Source: an uncultured Candidatus Rokubacteria bacterium (GTDB lineage: Bacteria > Methylomirabilota > Methylomirabilia > Rokubacteriales > DASRDR01). Taken from it: a stretch of 64,000 nucleotides of DNA. A program made the translations under genes and the position numbers. The notes below the pieces were generated by a model that saw nothing but the letters and a program-made list of their open reading frames with translations, was not told the DNA's origin and ran no database searches. This document shows positions 18,457-28,371 of this stretch, piece by piece. The stretch lies in contig CAWDVE010000013.1 of the NCBI GenBank assembly GCA_963805625.1, positions 352,001-416,000 of the forward strand. Reading direction: 5' to 3'. Within the stretch, counting starts at the first letter, position 1. Each line of letters opens with the position of its first letter.

Positions 18457-20841
18457 TCACCCGCGGCCTGGTGGCCGGCGCTTCCCGGCCCACGGATCCG
18501 GTCCGAGCTCAGGATCGAAGGCACGCAACGGGTGGCGGACCGGGTCCAGCCTCTCTCCGTCGTCCCAGGGTTCGAAGGCGTTCCGAATGTTCGCGAGCCC
18601 GCTGTCGATAAGCTCTGGATGGTGTCGCAGCAGCACCGTTCGGAAGTCTGCCGCGTCGATCCAATCCAGGCCTTCCTTCGTGTACGTCTCGGCGTTGTAA
18701 CAGGTCGTATAGAAGCGATCTGCTTGGAGCCGCCGGGTGGCGTTCAGGATGAAGATCTGAAATAGCGTCTCTCCGAAGCCGAAGTTGGTTGGCCGGCGAC
18801 TCGGCGATTGTTCGGCCAGCGTGCCGATCAGCAGGTCGAGTGCCTCGACGTCCCCTCCGTATACGGCCTCGAGCCGACCGAGCTGCTCTTCGTCATCGGT
18901 CAGGTCCCTGAAGGTGCGGATCGGCTTCAGCAGGAGCTGCCGGCGAAACTCGTTATACCGCGGCACGCCGCGCTCCCTCGCGCGCAGGATGTCGATGGCG
19001 CCCAGATCCAGCACGGGGTGTCCCGGCACGCTGAGCTCCTGCAGAAACCGCGGGAAGTTGTTCAGCTCGAGTGCCCCGGCCGACTGCTTGCCGAAGGAGT
19101 ACAGGAGATTCGTCATGCTCACCCGGCCACTGAGGCGGCTGGATCCCGCCTGGCGGGTCATCGGCATCGGCACACGCTCGATCACCGAGTCGTCCCGGTA
19201 ACGACGGAGCTCGATCGCTTCCGGGAGAAGCGAGTGCAGGCGATAGACCTCGACGAACTCCTCCGTCAGGCTGAAGGGCACGCCGTGCTTGTCGATCGGA
19301 TTGCCCACGACCCCGCCGAGCTCGGGGTGCCTCAGGTTGACTCCCGCCACGGTCTTCCGGCTCTCGCGACTTCGCAGGAGGTTCGTCATCAGTCCGTACC
19401 AGTTCGCATTCAGGGCGGCGTTCAGGGTCCGATTGGGCAGGATCGCCGGCGTCCACTCGATCGTGTGTATCTTGGCTATCACCGCGGCATTGATGAGGCG
19501 CGCGACGTTGAACACGCGGGCGTCCTCCCAGCGGGGGTGCCGAGTCTTGAGTCGCACACAGATCGCGTTGTGTTCCTTGGCGAACAGCGTGTGCAGTAGG
19601 CTCAAGCCCACCCACCAATTGCGGACGAATCCGGTCTCTTCGATGCCGTCGCTCCCGGTCGGCAGCCGGCCGTCCGCCTCGAGCCTCAGCTTGCCGTCGA
19701 GGCCGGAACGAAGGCGGCGCTGAGTCTCCCAGTCGCTCCCGTAGATCTGTGACGCATCCCACCAGTGCGTCACCTCGTTGAGGTACGTGACCGGCGTCTC
19801 CTCCCCATCCGGCAACCGTGTCGGGTCCGGCTGGGTCCGGCCGACCGTCATCTCCCGCAGGAGGTACCTGTCGCGCAGGCTGTCGTCATTCGACAACGGG
19901 ATCCGGTGAACGGCCTGCTGCAGATTGTCGCCATGGCTCACCCAGTCATGGGTCTGGAACTGGATCCAGGCGGCGGCGAGGAGATTGAGGAAGGGCACCT
20001 CCTTCATCGTGTCGCCACGCGTCAGGAGCACGCGACTCACCTCGCGCGGATTGGGGGTCGAGAGCCGCGCTCCGCCCTCAGGCCGAATGGCGCCCGTCTC
20101 GACGTTACGCGAGAAGCGCGTGCCCGCCGCCCCCTCCATCGGGTTCTGCAGATTGTTCCAGCTCCCGTCGGCCGTCCGGTAGCTCTCGACCCCGGCGGGG
20201 GGAACCTGCCCCCTTGCCTGAAACGCGGTCAAGCTGCCCTTCGGGTAGGCGTCCCTCAATCGCTGACGATTGAGCTCGTCGCGCATGTGGGCGAGCGTCA
20301 GGATGCCGCGAAACAGCGATCGTCGGGACCAGTTGGTCCATACTTCGTCCTGGTAGCCCGCCAGTCGCCCGTACACTCGGGTCAGCAGGCCGAACAGCGC
20401 CGCGCCGAGGACACCGAGTCCACTGCCCAGGACGAGCAACGGCCGGCGAACCCGGGGGAGGCCGCTCGCCCCGGCCGGCAACGGAAGCGCCCCCGCCGGC
20501 GGCGTCGAAGGCGCGAGGACCGCGGCCCGGTCGAAGAAGCGCAGCGCCGGACCGGAGGCCCCGATCCGCGAGACGGCGTTGGCGTGTGCCCGTGCCCGCA
20601 GCTCCCGCCAGTCCTCGCGCCCAGGCTCCCGCGCCAGGGCCGCATCGTAGTGCTCGACCGAGGCCGCGTAGTCCTCGAGGTGGAAGCAGGCCAGGGCCAT
20701 GAGCGCCCGGCTGGACCCGCCGGGGTCTTCTCGCGCGGCTGCCTGGAGGGCGACCATGGCGCCGCGATGGTCACCACTCTCGATCAGTCGCATCGCCCGC
20801 TCACGGTCGGCTCTCCACCCGGGTCCGGCCGCGCGCTCCAT
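18457..20841 (-). CDS. Animal-heme-peroxidase family protein, fatty-acid alpha-dioxygenase-like, with N-terminal TPR
   Basis: YRTADG, AAAWIQFQTHDW, THWWDASQIYG, EHNAIC, KIHTIEWTPA, SLTEEFVEVYRLHSLLP, RERGVPRYNEFRR, RRLQADRF. Confidence 0.88.
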   Translation of the reverse strand: MERAAGPGWRADRERAMRLIESGDHRGAMVALQAAAREDPGGSSRALMALACFHLEDYAASVEHYDAALAREPGREDWRELRARAHANAVSRIGASGPALRFFDRAAVLAPSTPPAGALPLPAGASGLPRVRRPLLVLGSGLGVLGAALFGLLTRVYGRLAGYQDEVWTNWSRRSLFRGILTLAHMRDELNRQRLRDAYPKGSLTAFQARGQVPPAGVESYRTADGSWNNLQNPMEGAAGTRFSRNVETGAIRPEGGARLSTPNPREVSRVLLTRGDTMKEVPFLNLLAAAWIQFQTHDWVSHGDNLQQAVHRIPLSNDDSLRDRYLLREMTVGRTQPDPTRLPDGEETPVTYLNEVTHWWDASQIYGSDWETQRRLRSGLDGKLRLEADGRLPTGSDGIEETGFVRNWWVGLSLLHTLFAKEHNAICVRLKTRHPRWEDARVFNVARLINAAVIAKIHTIEWTPAILPNRTLNAALNANWYGLMTNLLRSRESRKTVAGVNLRHPELGGVVGNPIDKHGVPFSLTEEFVEVYRLHSLLPEAIELRRYRDDSVIERVPMPMTRQAGSSRLSGRVSMTNLLYSFGKQSAGALELNNFPRFLQELSVPGHPVLDLGAIDILRARERGVPRYNEFRRQLLLKPIRTFRDLTDDEEQLGRLEAVYGGDVEALDLLIGTLAEQSPSRRPTNFGFGETLFQIFILNATRRLQADRFYTTCYNAETYTKEGLDWIDAADFRTVLLRHHPELIDSGLANIRNAFEPWDDGERLDPVRHPLRAFDPELGPDPWAGKRRPPGRG

Positions 20842-20842
20842 G

Positions 20843-21337
20843 TCACGCTCGGCGAGGCCCCACCCGGTTTTGCCCCCGCCGTGCCCGCCTCGTCGTGGCG
20901 GGATCGTTGCGATCGTCGCGCCAGGGCGGGTGATGGAGAGGAATCACGAAGTCGCCGTTGTAGGACGCCACCCCGTTGTCGAACGTGATTCTGCCGATGT
21001 GGCGCGAGTTCTCGATCGTCCGTCGCTGAAGCACCGGAGTTTCGCCGCGGTGCTTCTCGTTCAGGTCGGGGTAGCTCTGCGGCAGACCCGGCTCGACGAA
21101 CAGGACGTCCGATTCCGCGACGCCGAGCTGGTCCGCGACGTGCGCGTGCGACGCATCCCAGGGAGTCGGCCCGCCGTCGGGAAGGTCGGCCAGGTGCCAG
21201 GCGGGGGCGGCGGCCAGTCCCAATCCGCCCGGCGGGGCCGCCGGGTCCCAGAGCGGCCGCAGGTTGGCCCACGGGGCGACGGCGGCCAGGGTGGTCGAAG
21301 GGCGGAGCTTCACCAGGATCCGGTTGGCGTTCGCCAT
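20843..21337 (-). pseudogene. Chimeric ORF: possible subtilase-prodomain-like N-terminus fused to a diverged copy of the catalase-like C-terminus
   Basis: The last ~60 aa (QRRT..IGRITFDNGVASYNGDFVI..HHP..RNDPAT) match the C-terminus of 21384-22457. Confidence 0.6.
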
Positions 21338-21383
21338 GAGAGCTCTCCTCGGTCGGTCCGCGGCGGCGCCGGCTCGATGCGCG

Positions 21384-22457
21384 TCAGCCGACCTTGCGCC
21401 CGTTCACGCGGGTGGCGGTCGCGGGATCGTTCCGGTTCCCCCGCCAGGTCGGGTGGTGGAAGTGGATCACGAAGTCGCCGTTGTACGACGCGACCGCGTT
21501 GTCGAAGACCATCCGTCCGATCCGGCGCCAGTTCTTGAACGTGCGCCGCTGGAAGATCGGCAGACCGCGCGTCGTGCCTTCGTCGCTCACCTCGATGTCG
21601 AACACGAGCGACCGCCTCGGTCTCGGATCGCCCCGGTCGAAGATCTGGGCCATGACCTCGTCGCGGAAATCCAGCCCCTCGCCCTCGATCCTCGGCTGCT
21701 CGGCGGCGACCAGCAGGCGCATGAACTCCGGCGCGCGCGTCGGCTCGGCCGGCGGCTTGCCCAGCTCGGCGATCTCGTAGAGCTGGCGGATGGACGGCTC
21801 CTTGTCGGCGCGCATGAAAACGACGCCCGTGGTCAGCAGGATGGGCACCCCCAGACCGCGGCGCCAGGCGCGGGTGTCGGGGGCGTTGCGAAGCTCGGCG
21901 TCATTGATGTAGTCCGTCCGCGCCCCGCCCAGATCCTGTTGAGTGATGAAGCTCGCCGGCCGAAGCGGCTCGGCATGGTTCGGGTCGAGCGTGGGGTAGA
22001 TCTTCCCGACCAGCGAGAGCGATCGATAGTGCCCCCGCCGGGTCTCCGTGCAGCAGGTCGAGTAACGCCCGATCGCCAGGCCTCGGCTGCCGGGCTTGAA
22101 GTAGCCGGTGTAGGGCGTCTCCTGCGTGATCTCCCACCGGCCGGTGAGGCAGATCCCGTTGGGGTGCAGGAGGCGCCGATAGCCCCGGCGGTCCGGTCCC
22201 CAGCGCAGGTCCGCGCGGGAATCGACGGTTCGTCGGGCGGCGGCGAGGAACTGGTAGGGCTTGCCGAACGGCGCCAGTCCGGCCAGCACGCTGGCGAGCG
22301 TCACCGGGTAGACTGGCAGCGGCGGCTCGTTCCTCCCCCCCCACACCTTCTGGTAGGGGTTGGTGAATACGGCATCTCGCACCTCCGAGAACCTCGCTCC
22401 CAGGTAACCCGCGTCCTCGTCCGTGAATCCCTCCGGCCCCAGCCCGTCGGCTCCCAT
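21384..22457 (-). CDS. Catalase-related heme protein (357 aa)
   Basis: RRLLHPNGICLTG (catalase-like distal His) and IGRYS. True start is ATG 22457, 12 bp after the upstream stop. Confidence 0.7.
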   Translation of the reverse strand: MGADGLGPEGFTDEDAGYLGARFSEVRDAVFTNPYQKVWGGRNEPPLPVYPVTLASVLAGLAPFGKPYQFLAAARRTVDSRADLRWGPDRRGYRRLLHPNGICLTGRWEITQETPYTGYFKPGSRGLAIGRYSTCCTETRRGHYRSLSLVGKIYPTLDPNHAEPLRPASFITQQDLGGARTDYINDAELRNAPDTRAWRRGLGVPILLTTGVVFMRADKEPSIRQLYEIAELGKPPAEPTRAPEFMRLLVAAEQPRIEGEGLDFRDEVMAQIFDRGDPRPRRSLVFDIEVSDEGTTRGLPIFQRRTFKNWRRIGRMVFDNAVASYNGDFVIHFHHPTWRGNRNDPATATRVNGRKVG

Positions 22458-22468
22458 TCGTCGCTCCT

Positions 22469-25400
22469 CTATTTCTTCCGGCGCGGCCACGGGAACGTGG
22501 CGCCCGGATAGAACTCCTCGTCGCCGGTGGGCTCGAAGCGCTTCAGACCGTCGGCCTCCAATCGGGCCTTCTGCAGGGCGAACATCACGTCCCGGCGCGC
22601 GCGATTGATGCCGCCGAGCGGCTCGTGCTGGGGCAGACTGTGCCAGGGATTGAAGCTGATGTTCTGACAGAACTCCCCCTGCTCGGTCGAGGCAAAGTCC
22701 TGGGGCGGGATGCGGATCGTCGCGAGCTTCTCCCACGGGGAGTCCTTCTCGTCCCACGGGATCAGCGCGTTCTCGATCGGCTGGCGGTCGGTCGACCACC
22801 GCTGAACCTTGAAATCCAGAGACAGCCCGCCGCCCCCCCAGGACGGACTCAGCTGATCCTTGAGCCGCGCCATCAAGTAGTCGTCGGAGGCGCGGTCCGC
22901 CGTGGGCGGATGAAACTGGACCGGCGCCGGAGGGAAGGCGGCATATTTCACCTCCAACTGGCCCAGCCGGTACGGCGTGGCGCTGAACCAGCGGATGTCG
23001 GCGATGCTGGGGTACACCTTGCGGCCGACCAGGGTATTCCACGCCCCCCGCGGATGCGTGAGCAGGTGGCCCAGCACCGGAAGGCTGCCGAACGCGTGGC
23101 TCCCGCCCTTCACGATGGCGGCGAACAGGTCGTGAAAATGCCGCGGGTTGCCGGCGAAAAAGACGTCGTGGCCGATGAACAAGAAGTCCTGGGTGAGCTT
23201 CTCCTCGACGTCTTCCCGCCCCGGGCCCGCGTATCCCGGCGATGGAACCGCGAACTTCTCTCCCCGCACGCCGAAGAGCTTGATCGCCATGCCGCGGAAG
23301 TCCTTCGCGGTGTCCGGGGTCGGATGATCGGCCGCATTGGAGAAGCGGACCCACGCTTTGAAGGTCCGGTCGGCGGGCGTCCGGCCCTTGAACACCCCGA
23401 CCTTGAACTTTTCCCAGAGATGGTCCTCGACGAGGAACTGCGCCCGCACGCACGCGTTGGTCTTGGAGTGTGTGTCGCGGAGGTGCGCGGACGCGTTCCC
23501 GTATTGATCGTCGAGCTTCGCGGTGAGCAGCGCGACGGTGGCCCGGATGGTCTCGGCCTCGTTGCGAGGCACCGACCACGGCTCCAGGACGAACCACGAC
23601 AGGGCGAGCCAGCCGAGCGCCACTGCGCCGACCCGCCAGCCCCACTTCCAGGCTTTGCCGATCCACTCCTTGGCCGTTCGGCGCCATCGCGTCCAGCGGC
23701 TCTCCGGCGGTCCGAATCCTGCGTCGGCAAGGATCACGTCGGCCGCCTTCTCACCGATCATGAAGACGGAAGTCACAATGAAGAACCCGGGAATCCTCGG
23801 AAACACCGAGGCGTCGACCACGCGCAGGTCCTTGGTCCCGTACACCCGGAAGTTGCCGTCGAGCACCGCCATGGGGTCGTCCTTCCGACCGATCTTGCAG
23901 GTGCAGGACGCATGGTGGCCCCAGGCGTTGTCCTTGACGAATTGGGCGAGGTCCTCTCGCGCCTGCTCATCGGGCGCTTCCTCTTCCACGAAGTGGCCCC
24001 GGACGTGGGAGTTGATGGCGCGGACGAACTTGACGCCATCCACGACCGACTCGAGGTCTTCCTGCCAGCCTTCGGTGCCCTCGTGGAAGTAGCGGAAATT
24101 GATGTCGGGGGTATCGCGCGGGTCGGCCGATCGCAATCCGACCGTGCCTCCCGTGTTGTTCGTGTGCGCCTTCAGGACCGCCCAGGTCAGGTAGTTGTGG
24201 CTGCGAACGATCTCCTCCGAATAGCCCGGCTCGTAGCCGCGGAACTTCCCCACCAGCGCGAAACAGAAGAGATCGGGCAGCGGCCGGCACTTGTCGGATC
24301 TCTTGATCACCGCGAGAACCGCGCCGTTCGTCGTGTAGACGCCGCGCCTCCTTTGCCACATCCGGTACTGCCCGTCTTTGCTTCCGAAGAGAGCGCCTTT
24401 GAGGACCGCCCAGTCCTTCTCCATCCGGTTGACGACGCCGACCTCGTACCGGTCCTGCAGATTCCTTCCCACCCCCGGAAGATGAACGCGCACTGCGATC
24501 CCGTGTCTCTCGAGCTCGTCCCGCGGTCCGATGCCCGACAGCTTCAAGAGCTGCGGCGTGTTGAACGCGCCGCCCGCGAGGATCACCTCGCGGGTGGCGC
24601 GGGCCGATCTCGGTTCGCCCGGTTTGTCGCTCGGTTTGCCGTGCGCCCGGTAGAGCCGCTCGCCTTTGAGATACTCGACGCCGACCGCCCGATTCTTGTC
24701 GTCGAAGAGCACTCTGGTCGCCAGCGCATCGAGCTCGATCGTCAGATTGTCCGGAAAGCGCCGCTTGACGTCGATCAGGAATTCGCGCGTGCCGTTCCGC
24801 CGGCGACGGACCGTCGCCAACGGTGGCAGACGAAGCCCGACGGCGTCGTCCTTGACGAGGCGCCAGTCGTTCGGATCGAAACGGCCAAGCAAGAACCACC
24901 AGACGCGCTTGAACGGCAGCTCCACGGCCTTTGCGGCGGCCTTGGTCGACCTGACGATGACCCTGACCAGTCGCTTGTCCCGCTTGAGAGCCTCCACCGG
25001 CACCGCGACTTCGGTGCCCAGCCAGCCCCGGTAACCGTGACGCGTGGGATTGAGACGAAGGAGGTTATACAGCCACCGCCATGGAAACCGGCGGTAATGG
25101 CAGTTCTCCATGCGCTGGTAGTACTTGCGCATGTTCTCGGCCTTCCAGGTGGGATCGCCGGTGAGCTTGGCGAGGTCGTCCCAGTCCTTGTTGTGCGGGT
25201 AGACCATGATCATGGCGTTGTGCGACGTGCAGCCGCCCAAGGTCCCGGCTCGCGGATACCAGATCCAGGGCTCGTCGTTGAACACGCGATGCTTGGGGTC
25301 TCTGCGCTGCTGCTGGTCGTCGCTGTAGTGGCGCACCCAGAAGTCCCAGCGCAGCGCGTCGGCTTCGGTCGAGATGCCGTGAAAGCACGGCACATCGTAG

Positions 25401-25576
25401 TCGTCCGGTAACGCCACTCGCTCTGGGTCCCATCGCACGCCGCCCTTGAGCTCGTACGGGTCGCCGCCTGCTTCCAGGAGCAATACCTTCCGTCCGGCCT
25501 CCGCCAGTCGCGCGGCAACCGTCCCGCCGCCGGCGCCAGATCCCACGACGATGTATTCGTACTGAGGTTCCGTCAT
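22469..25576 (-). CDS. GMC oxidoreductase fused through a TM helix to a catalase-like domain
   Basis: GSGAGGG FAD motif, RAGTLGGCTSHNAM, TPQLLKLSGIG, GVGRNLQD, GHHASCTC, LRVVDASVFP; then a TM helix; then RDTHSK, VRFSN, DFRGMAIK, TQDFL, SFNPWH, PLGGINRAR. Confidence 0.88.
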   Translation of the reverse strand: MTEPQYEYIVVGSGAGGGTVAARLAEAGRKVLLLEAGGDPYELKGGVRWDPERVALPDDYDVPCFHGISTEADALRWDFWVRHYSDDQQQRRDPKHRVFNDEPWIWYPRAGTLGGCTSHNAMIMVYPHNKDWDDLAKLTGDPTWKAENMRKYYQRMENCHYRRFPWRWLYNLLRLNPTRHGYRGWLGTEVAVPVEALKRDKRLVRVIVRSTKAAAKAVELPFKRVWWFLLGRFDPNDWRLVKDDAVGLRLPPLATVRRRRNGTREFLIDVKRRFPDNLTIELDALATRVLFDDKNRAVGVEYLKGERLYRAHGKPSDKPGEPRSARATREVILAGGAFNTPQLLKLSGIGPRDELERHGIAVRVHLPGVGRNLQDRYEVGVVNRMEKDWAVLKGALFGSKDGQYRMWQRRRGVYTTNGAVLAVIKRSDKCRPLPDLFCFALVGKFRGYEPGYSEEIVRSHNYLTWAVLKAHTNNTGGTVGLRSADPRDTPDINFRYFHEGTEGWQEDLESVVDGVKFVRAINSHVRGHFVEEEAPDEQAREDLAQFVKDNAWGHHASCTCKIGRKDDPMAVLDGNFRVYGTKDLRVVDASVFPRIPGFFIVTSVFMIGEKAADVILADAGFGPPESRWTRWRRTAKEWIGKAWKWGWRVGAVALGWLALSWFVLEPWSVPRNEAETIRATVALLTAKLDDQYGNASAHLRDTHSKTNACVRAQFLVEDHLWEKFKVGVFKGRTPADRTFKAWVRFSNAADHPTPDTAKDFRGMAIKLFGVRGEKFAVPSPGYAGPGREDVEEKLTQDFLFIGHDVFFAGNPRHFHDLFAAIVKGGSHAFGSLPVLGHLLTHPRGAWNTLVGRKVYPSIADIRWFSATPYRLGQLEVKYAAFPPAPVQFHPPTADRASDDYLMARLKDQLSPSWGGGGLSLDFKVQRWSTDRQPIENALIPWDEKDSPWEKLATIRIPPQDFASTEQGEFCQNISFNPWHSLPQHEPLGGINRARRDVMFALQKARLEADGLKRFEPTGDEEFYPGATFPWPRRKK

Positions 25577-25595
25577 CGTCCCTCCGCCTGCCACC

Positions 25596-28304
25596 TCAGA
25601 AGGTCTTCAAGAACTCGATCAGCGCCAGCTTGTCGGTGTCGCTCAGATTGGTGCCGAAGTAGTGGCCCCGGTTGACGACGTAGTCCGGGCACTTGCTGAG
25701 CTCCAGCAGCGGGTCGATCAGGTTCGCGAACGCCTGCTCCTTCTGCGCGGCGGTCGCGTTGTCAGGCAACGCCTTCAGGTCCCTCGCGGCCTTCTTGCCC
25801 AGCCGCAACAGCTTCTTGAAATGATCGGCCCGCTCCCGGTGCCCCGTCCCTTCGGAGACGAACGGCACGCTGGCCAGCAGTCCGACCGGCGTGCCCTTGG
25901 GAATCGGGCCGATCTCCAGCCCGTACTTGCTAAAGAACGCGGGAAACGACGCGCTCAAGACGTCCATCACTCGGCTGAAACTGGTCGGAAGATATCCCCA
26001 CGACACTCTCAGGTAGCTGTCGGCGGTCGTGCGCTGGATGTACCCCGGAACCTTGTCCCCCAGGACCGAGTCCTTGCGGCGCTTCTCGGGCCACAGCATC
26101 TGCTGGATCGAGTCGTTGAACGACGCCATGCGCGCCTCGACGCTGGGCTCTCCGTAGAAAGTCCCGACCGCGTTGTTGAGCAGGAAGGGCGCCGTCGACC
26201 ACAGGCTGATGAGCGACGCCGGTCGCGTGTAGCCCCGCCCGTCTCCCGGCATCTCGTACTCCCACGGCTCGCCGGTCTTGGGATGGTGGACCGTGAACTT
26301 GCCCACCGCGGGCAGCTCCTTGTACGTCGTCGACGTGAAGTTGTCCCAGATGTCGCCCCGGAGACCGTTCGTCGCGAGCGGGCTGCACGCGTTGGTGCCG
26401 AGCTCTGTCACCGCGATGCGCCGCTCGGTCGACAGGAAGTTGTCGGCCAGAAAGTCGGGCTCCATGACCTTCTTCCGCATCCACTCGAAGTAGCCGGCGG
26501 AGTTCTCGATGATCTGGTCCTTCTTGCACGCGGTTCCAAGCGGGCACAGGTCCGCCGGCTGCTTGCCGGAGTGGCAGCGTGCGCAGTTCTCGGCGAAGAC
26601 GATCTTGCCGCGGTTGAGCTTGTTCTGATCCGTGGTCAGATAGGTCTTGCCGCCCGGCGCGTCCTTCAAGTGGTCGGGCCGCGCGCTCGCCAGGAAGAAC
26701 AGGGCAAGGTCGGGCGTCTGCGCGACGTTGGCGTTCCAGTACGTCGAGTTCTTCTGCAGTACGGCGATCTCGATCGGGGTAATCCTCTTGCCGGGAATGT
26801 TCCCGATCAACGGCCTGAAATGGAGGAGCCACTCCTCGCTGAACAGGCCGATGTTGATGTAGACGCGGTTCAACGCGCCGAGAATCCCGACCGAATCGGC
26901 GCCATCCTTGAGCACATGAGCGGTCAGCACGGTGTCCGGCGGAATGAAGTACTTCGAGAGCGTCTTGGTGTTGGGGTACTCGTTGAACTGCTTGTTCAGA
27001 ACCTCCCCGCCAGTTAGCTTCTCCGGATGGAACTCGGCCATTTGCAGGCGCGCCGCGATGCTGTAGACCGCGTTCATCGTGCGGGGGTTGTTGATGTTGT
27101 CGCTCGAGACGAGCGACGTGTCGAGGGAGCCCGGCAGAGAAGTGTGAAACAGCTGGAAGACGAAGCTCTCGTGCCGACCCTTCGGATTCCAGAAGAAGAT
27201 TCGGTCGATCCAGAAATACTGCGCACCCGGGTTGGAGTTCAGGTTCTTCCACTCCGGATTCTCGGGGTCCTTCGGCGGATCGATCGGACTCGGACCGACG
27301 TGGCAGAAGCCGCACGACATCCCGACACGGTATGGCCGCACGAGGCTCTTGTCGTTGTAGTACTCGGGATCGGTGTGGTACCGGATCGGATCCCATCTCT
27401 TCTTGGCCGCCTCGTCGAACGCCGGATTCGGGAAGAGACGCAAGCCCACGACACCGCTGGCGTAGCCATAGTAGGAGCCTACGGGTACGGTCTTGCCCCG
27501 GGCTCCGACCCTCACCCCGGGATACTTGCTCTCGTCCTCGAAGGGGTCGGGTTGGCCGACGCGCCGGTCCAGCCACAGGCCAAATCGCTTGGCATCGCCG
27601 CACTGGCCGTAGGGCTCCTGGTCGGTCTTCTTGTCGGCCTTCCAGTCGCAGCCCTTGGGATCCCACGGCTGGAAGCCCGGTTCGTTCACCAGTCCGAAAT
27701 ACTTCCACCGGTTGGCCCGGGACGCCTCGTAGAACTGGCGGTCCTCGCCCTGACAGGCGTCGTCCTCGTAGACGTAATAACCGGGCGGATACGGCGCCGC
27801 CGCCGGTTTGCCCGTGACGTATCCGGAGGGCGCGCCCTTCGCGTATGGGCCAGCGCCCTCCGTGCCGTAGCCGTACTCGGCCCTCTTGTTCCCGCAGTAC
27901 CGGATGCTCGGATGGGAAGACACGGTCTTCAACAGATCGAAGGCACCGAAGGAGTTGTTCCCCAAGAAATCCCACAGCGTGTCGTTGCCCGCCGTCCAGA
28001 CGACCCAGTTGTTGCGTCCCCTGTTGTAGGCCTTCCACGCCTCGTCCTTCGACAAGTGCGTTTCACGCAGGGCCGCGTACACGGCATCGGCATTCAACCC
28101 CCGGTCCATGGCCCGCAGGTAGTCACTGTCCGACCCCGGCAGGTCCTTGGCGACGAGACCGGCCCTCATCGCCTCGTCCTTCACAGAGCCGGGCCCCGGC
28201 CCGCCCAGGAACCTCACCAGAAGAACCGCTACCCCTATCGCCACGATCAGAACGATCACGCCAAGCAGTCGCCACAGCCATCTCAGCGGAGAGCCCTTCG
28301 CCAT
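25596..28304 (-). CDS. Membrane-anchored di-heme cytochrome c (RoxA/peroxidase-like), 902 aa
   Basis: N-terminal TM; two CxxCH motifs (CGFCH, CARCH); GYTRPASL..WSTAPFLLN; C-terminal GHYFG..LSDTDKLALIEFLKTF. Confidence 0.85.
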   Translation of the reverse strand: MAKGSPLRWLWRLLGVIVLIVAIGVAVLLVRFLGGPGPGSVKDEAMRAGLVAKDLPGSDSDYLRAMDRGLNADAVYAALRETHLSKDEAWKAYNRGRNNWVVWTAGNDTLWDFLGNNSFGAFDLLKTVSSHPSIRYCGNKRAEYGYGTEGAGPYAKGAPSGYVTGKPAAAPYPPGYYVYEDDACQGEDRQFYEASRANRWKYFGLVNEPGFQPWDPKGCDWKADKKTDQEPYGQCGDAKRFGLWLDRRVGQPDPFEDESKYPGVRVGARGKTVPVGSYYGYASGVVGLRLFPNPAFDEAAKKRWDPIRYHTDPEYYNDKSLVRPYRVGMSCGFCHVGPSPIDPPKDPENPEWKNLNSNPGAQYFWIDRIFFWNPKGRHESFVFQLFHTSLPGSLDTSLVSSDNINNPRTMNAVYSIAARLQMAEFHPEKLTGGEVLNKQFNEYPNTKTLSKYFIPPDTVLTAHVLKDGADSVGILGALNRVYINIGLFSEEWLLHFRPLIGNIPGKRITPIEIAVLQKNSTYWNANVAQTPDLALFFLASARPDHLKDAPGGKTYLTTDQNKLNRGKIVFAENCARCHSGKQPADLCPLGTACKKDQIIENSAGYFEWMRKKVMEPDFLADNFLSTERRIAVTELGTNACSPLATNGLRGDIWDNFTSTTYKELPAVGKFTVHHPKTGEPWEYEMPGDGRGYTRPASLISLWSTAPFLLNNAVGTFYGEPSVEARMASFNDSIQQMLWPEKRRKDSVLGDKVPGYIQRTTADSYLRVSWGYLPTSFSRVMDVLSASFPAFFSKYGLEIGPIPKGTPVGLLASVPFVSEGTGHRERADHFKKLLRLGKKAARDLKALPDNATAAQKEQAFANLIDPLLELSKCPDYVVNRGHYFGTNLSDTDKLALIEFLKTF

Positions 28305-28371
28305 CTCCCGACGTCTCCTTCCCTTGCTGCCGCCGGAGCTTCGCAGCCTCGCCTGGAACCCGACCGCGCGA

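Noticed and set aside
22458-23687. N-terminal 410 aa of the 767-aa ORF 21384-23687
   Set aside because: Off-frame overlap with the GMC fusion and low complexity. The real start is ATG 22457.
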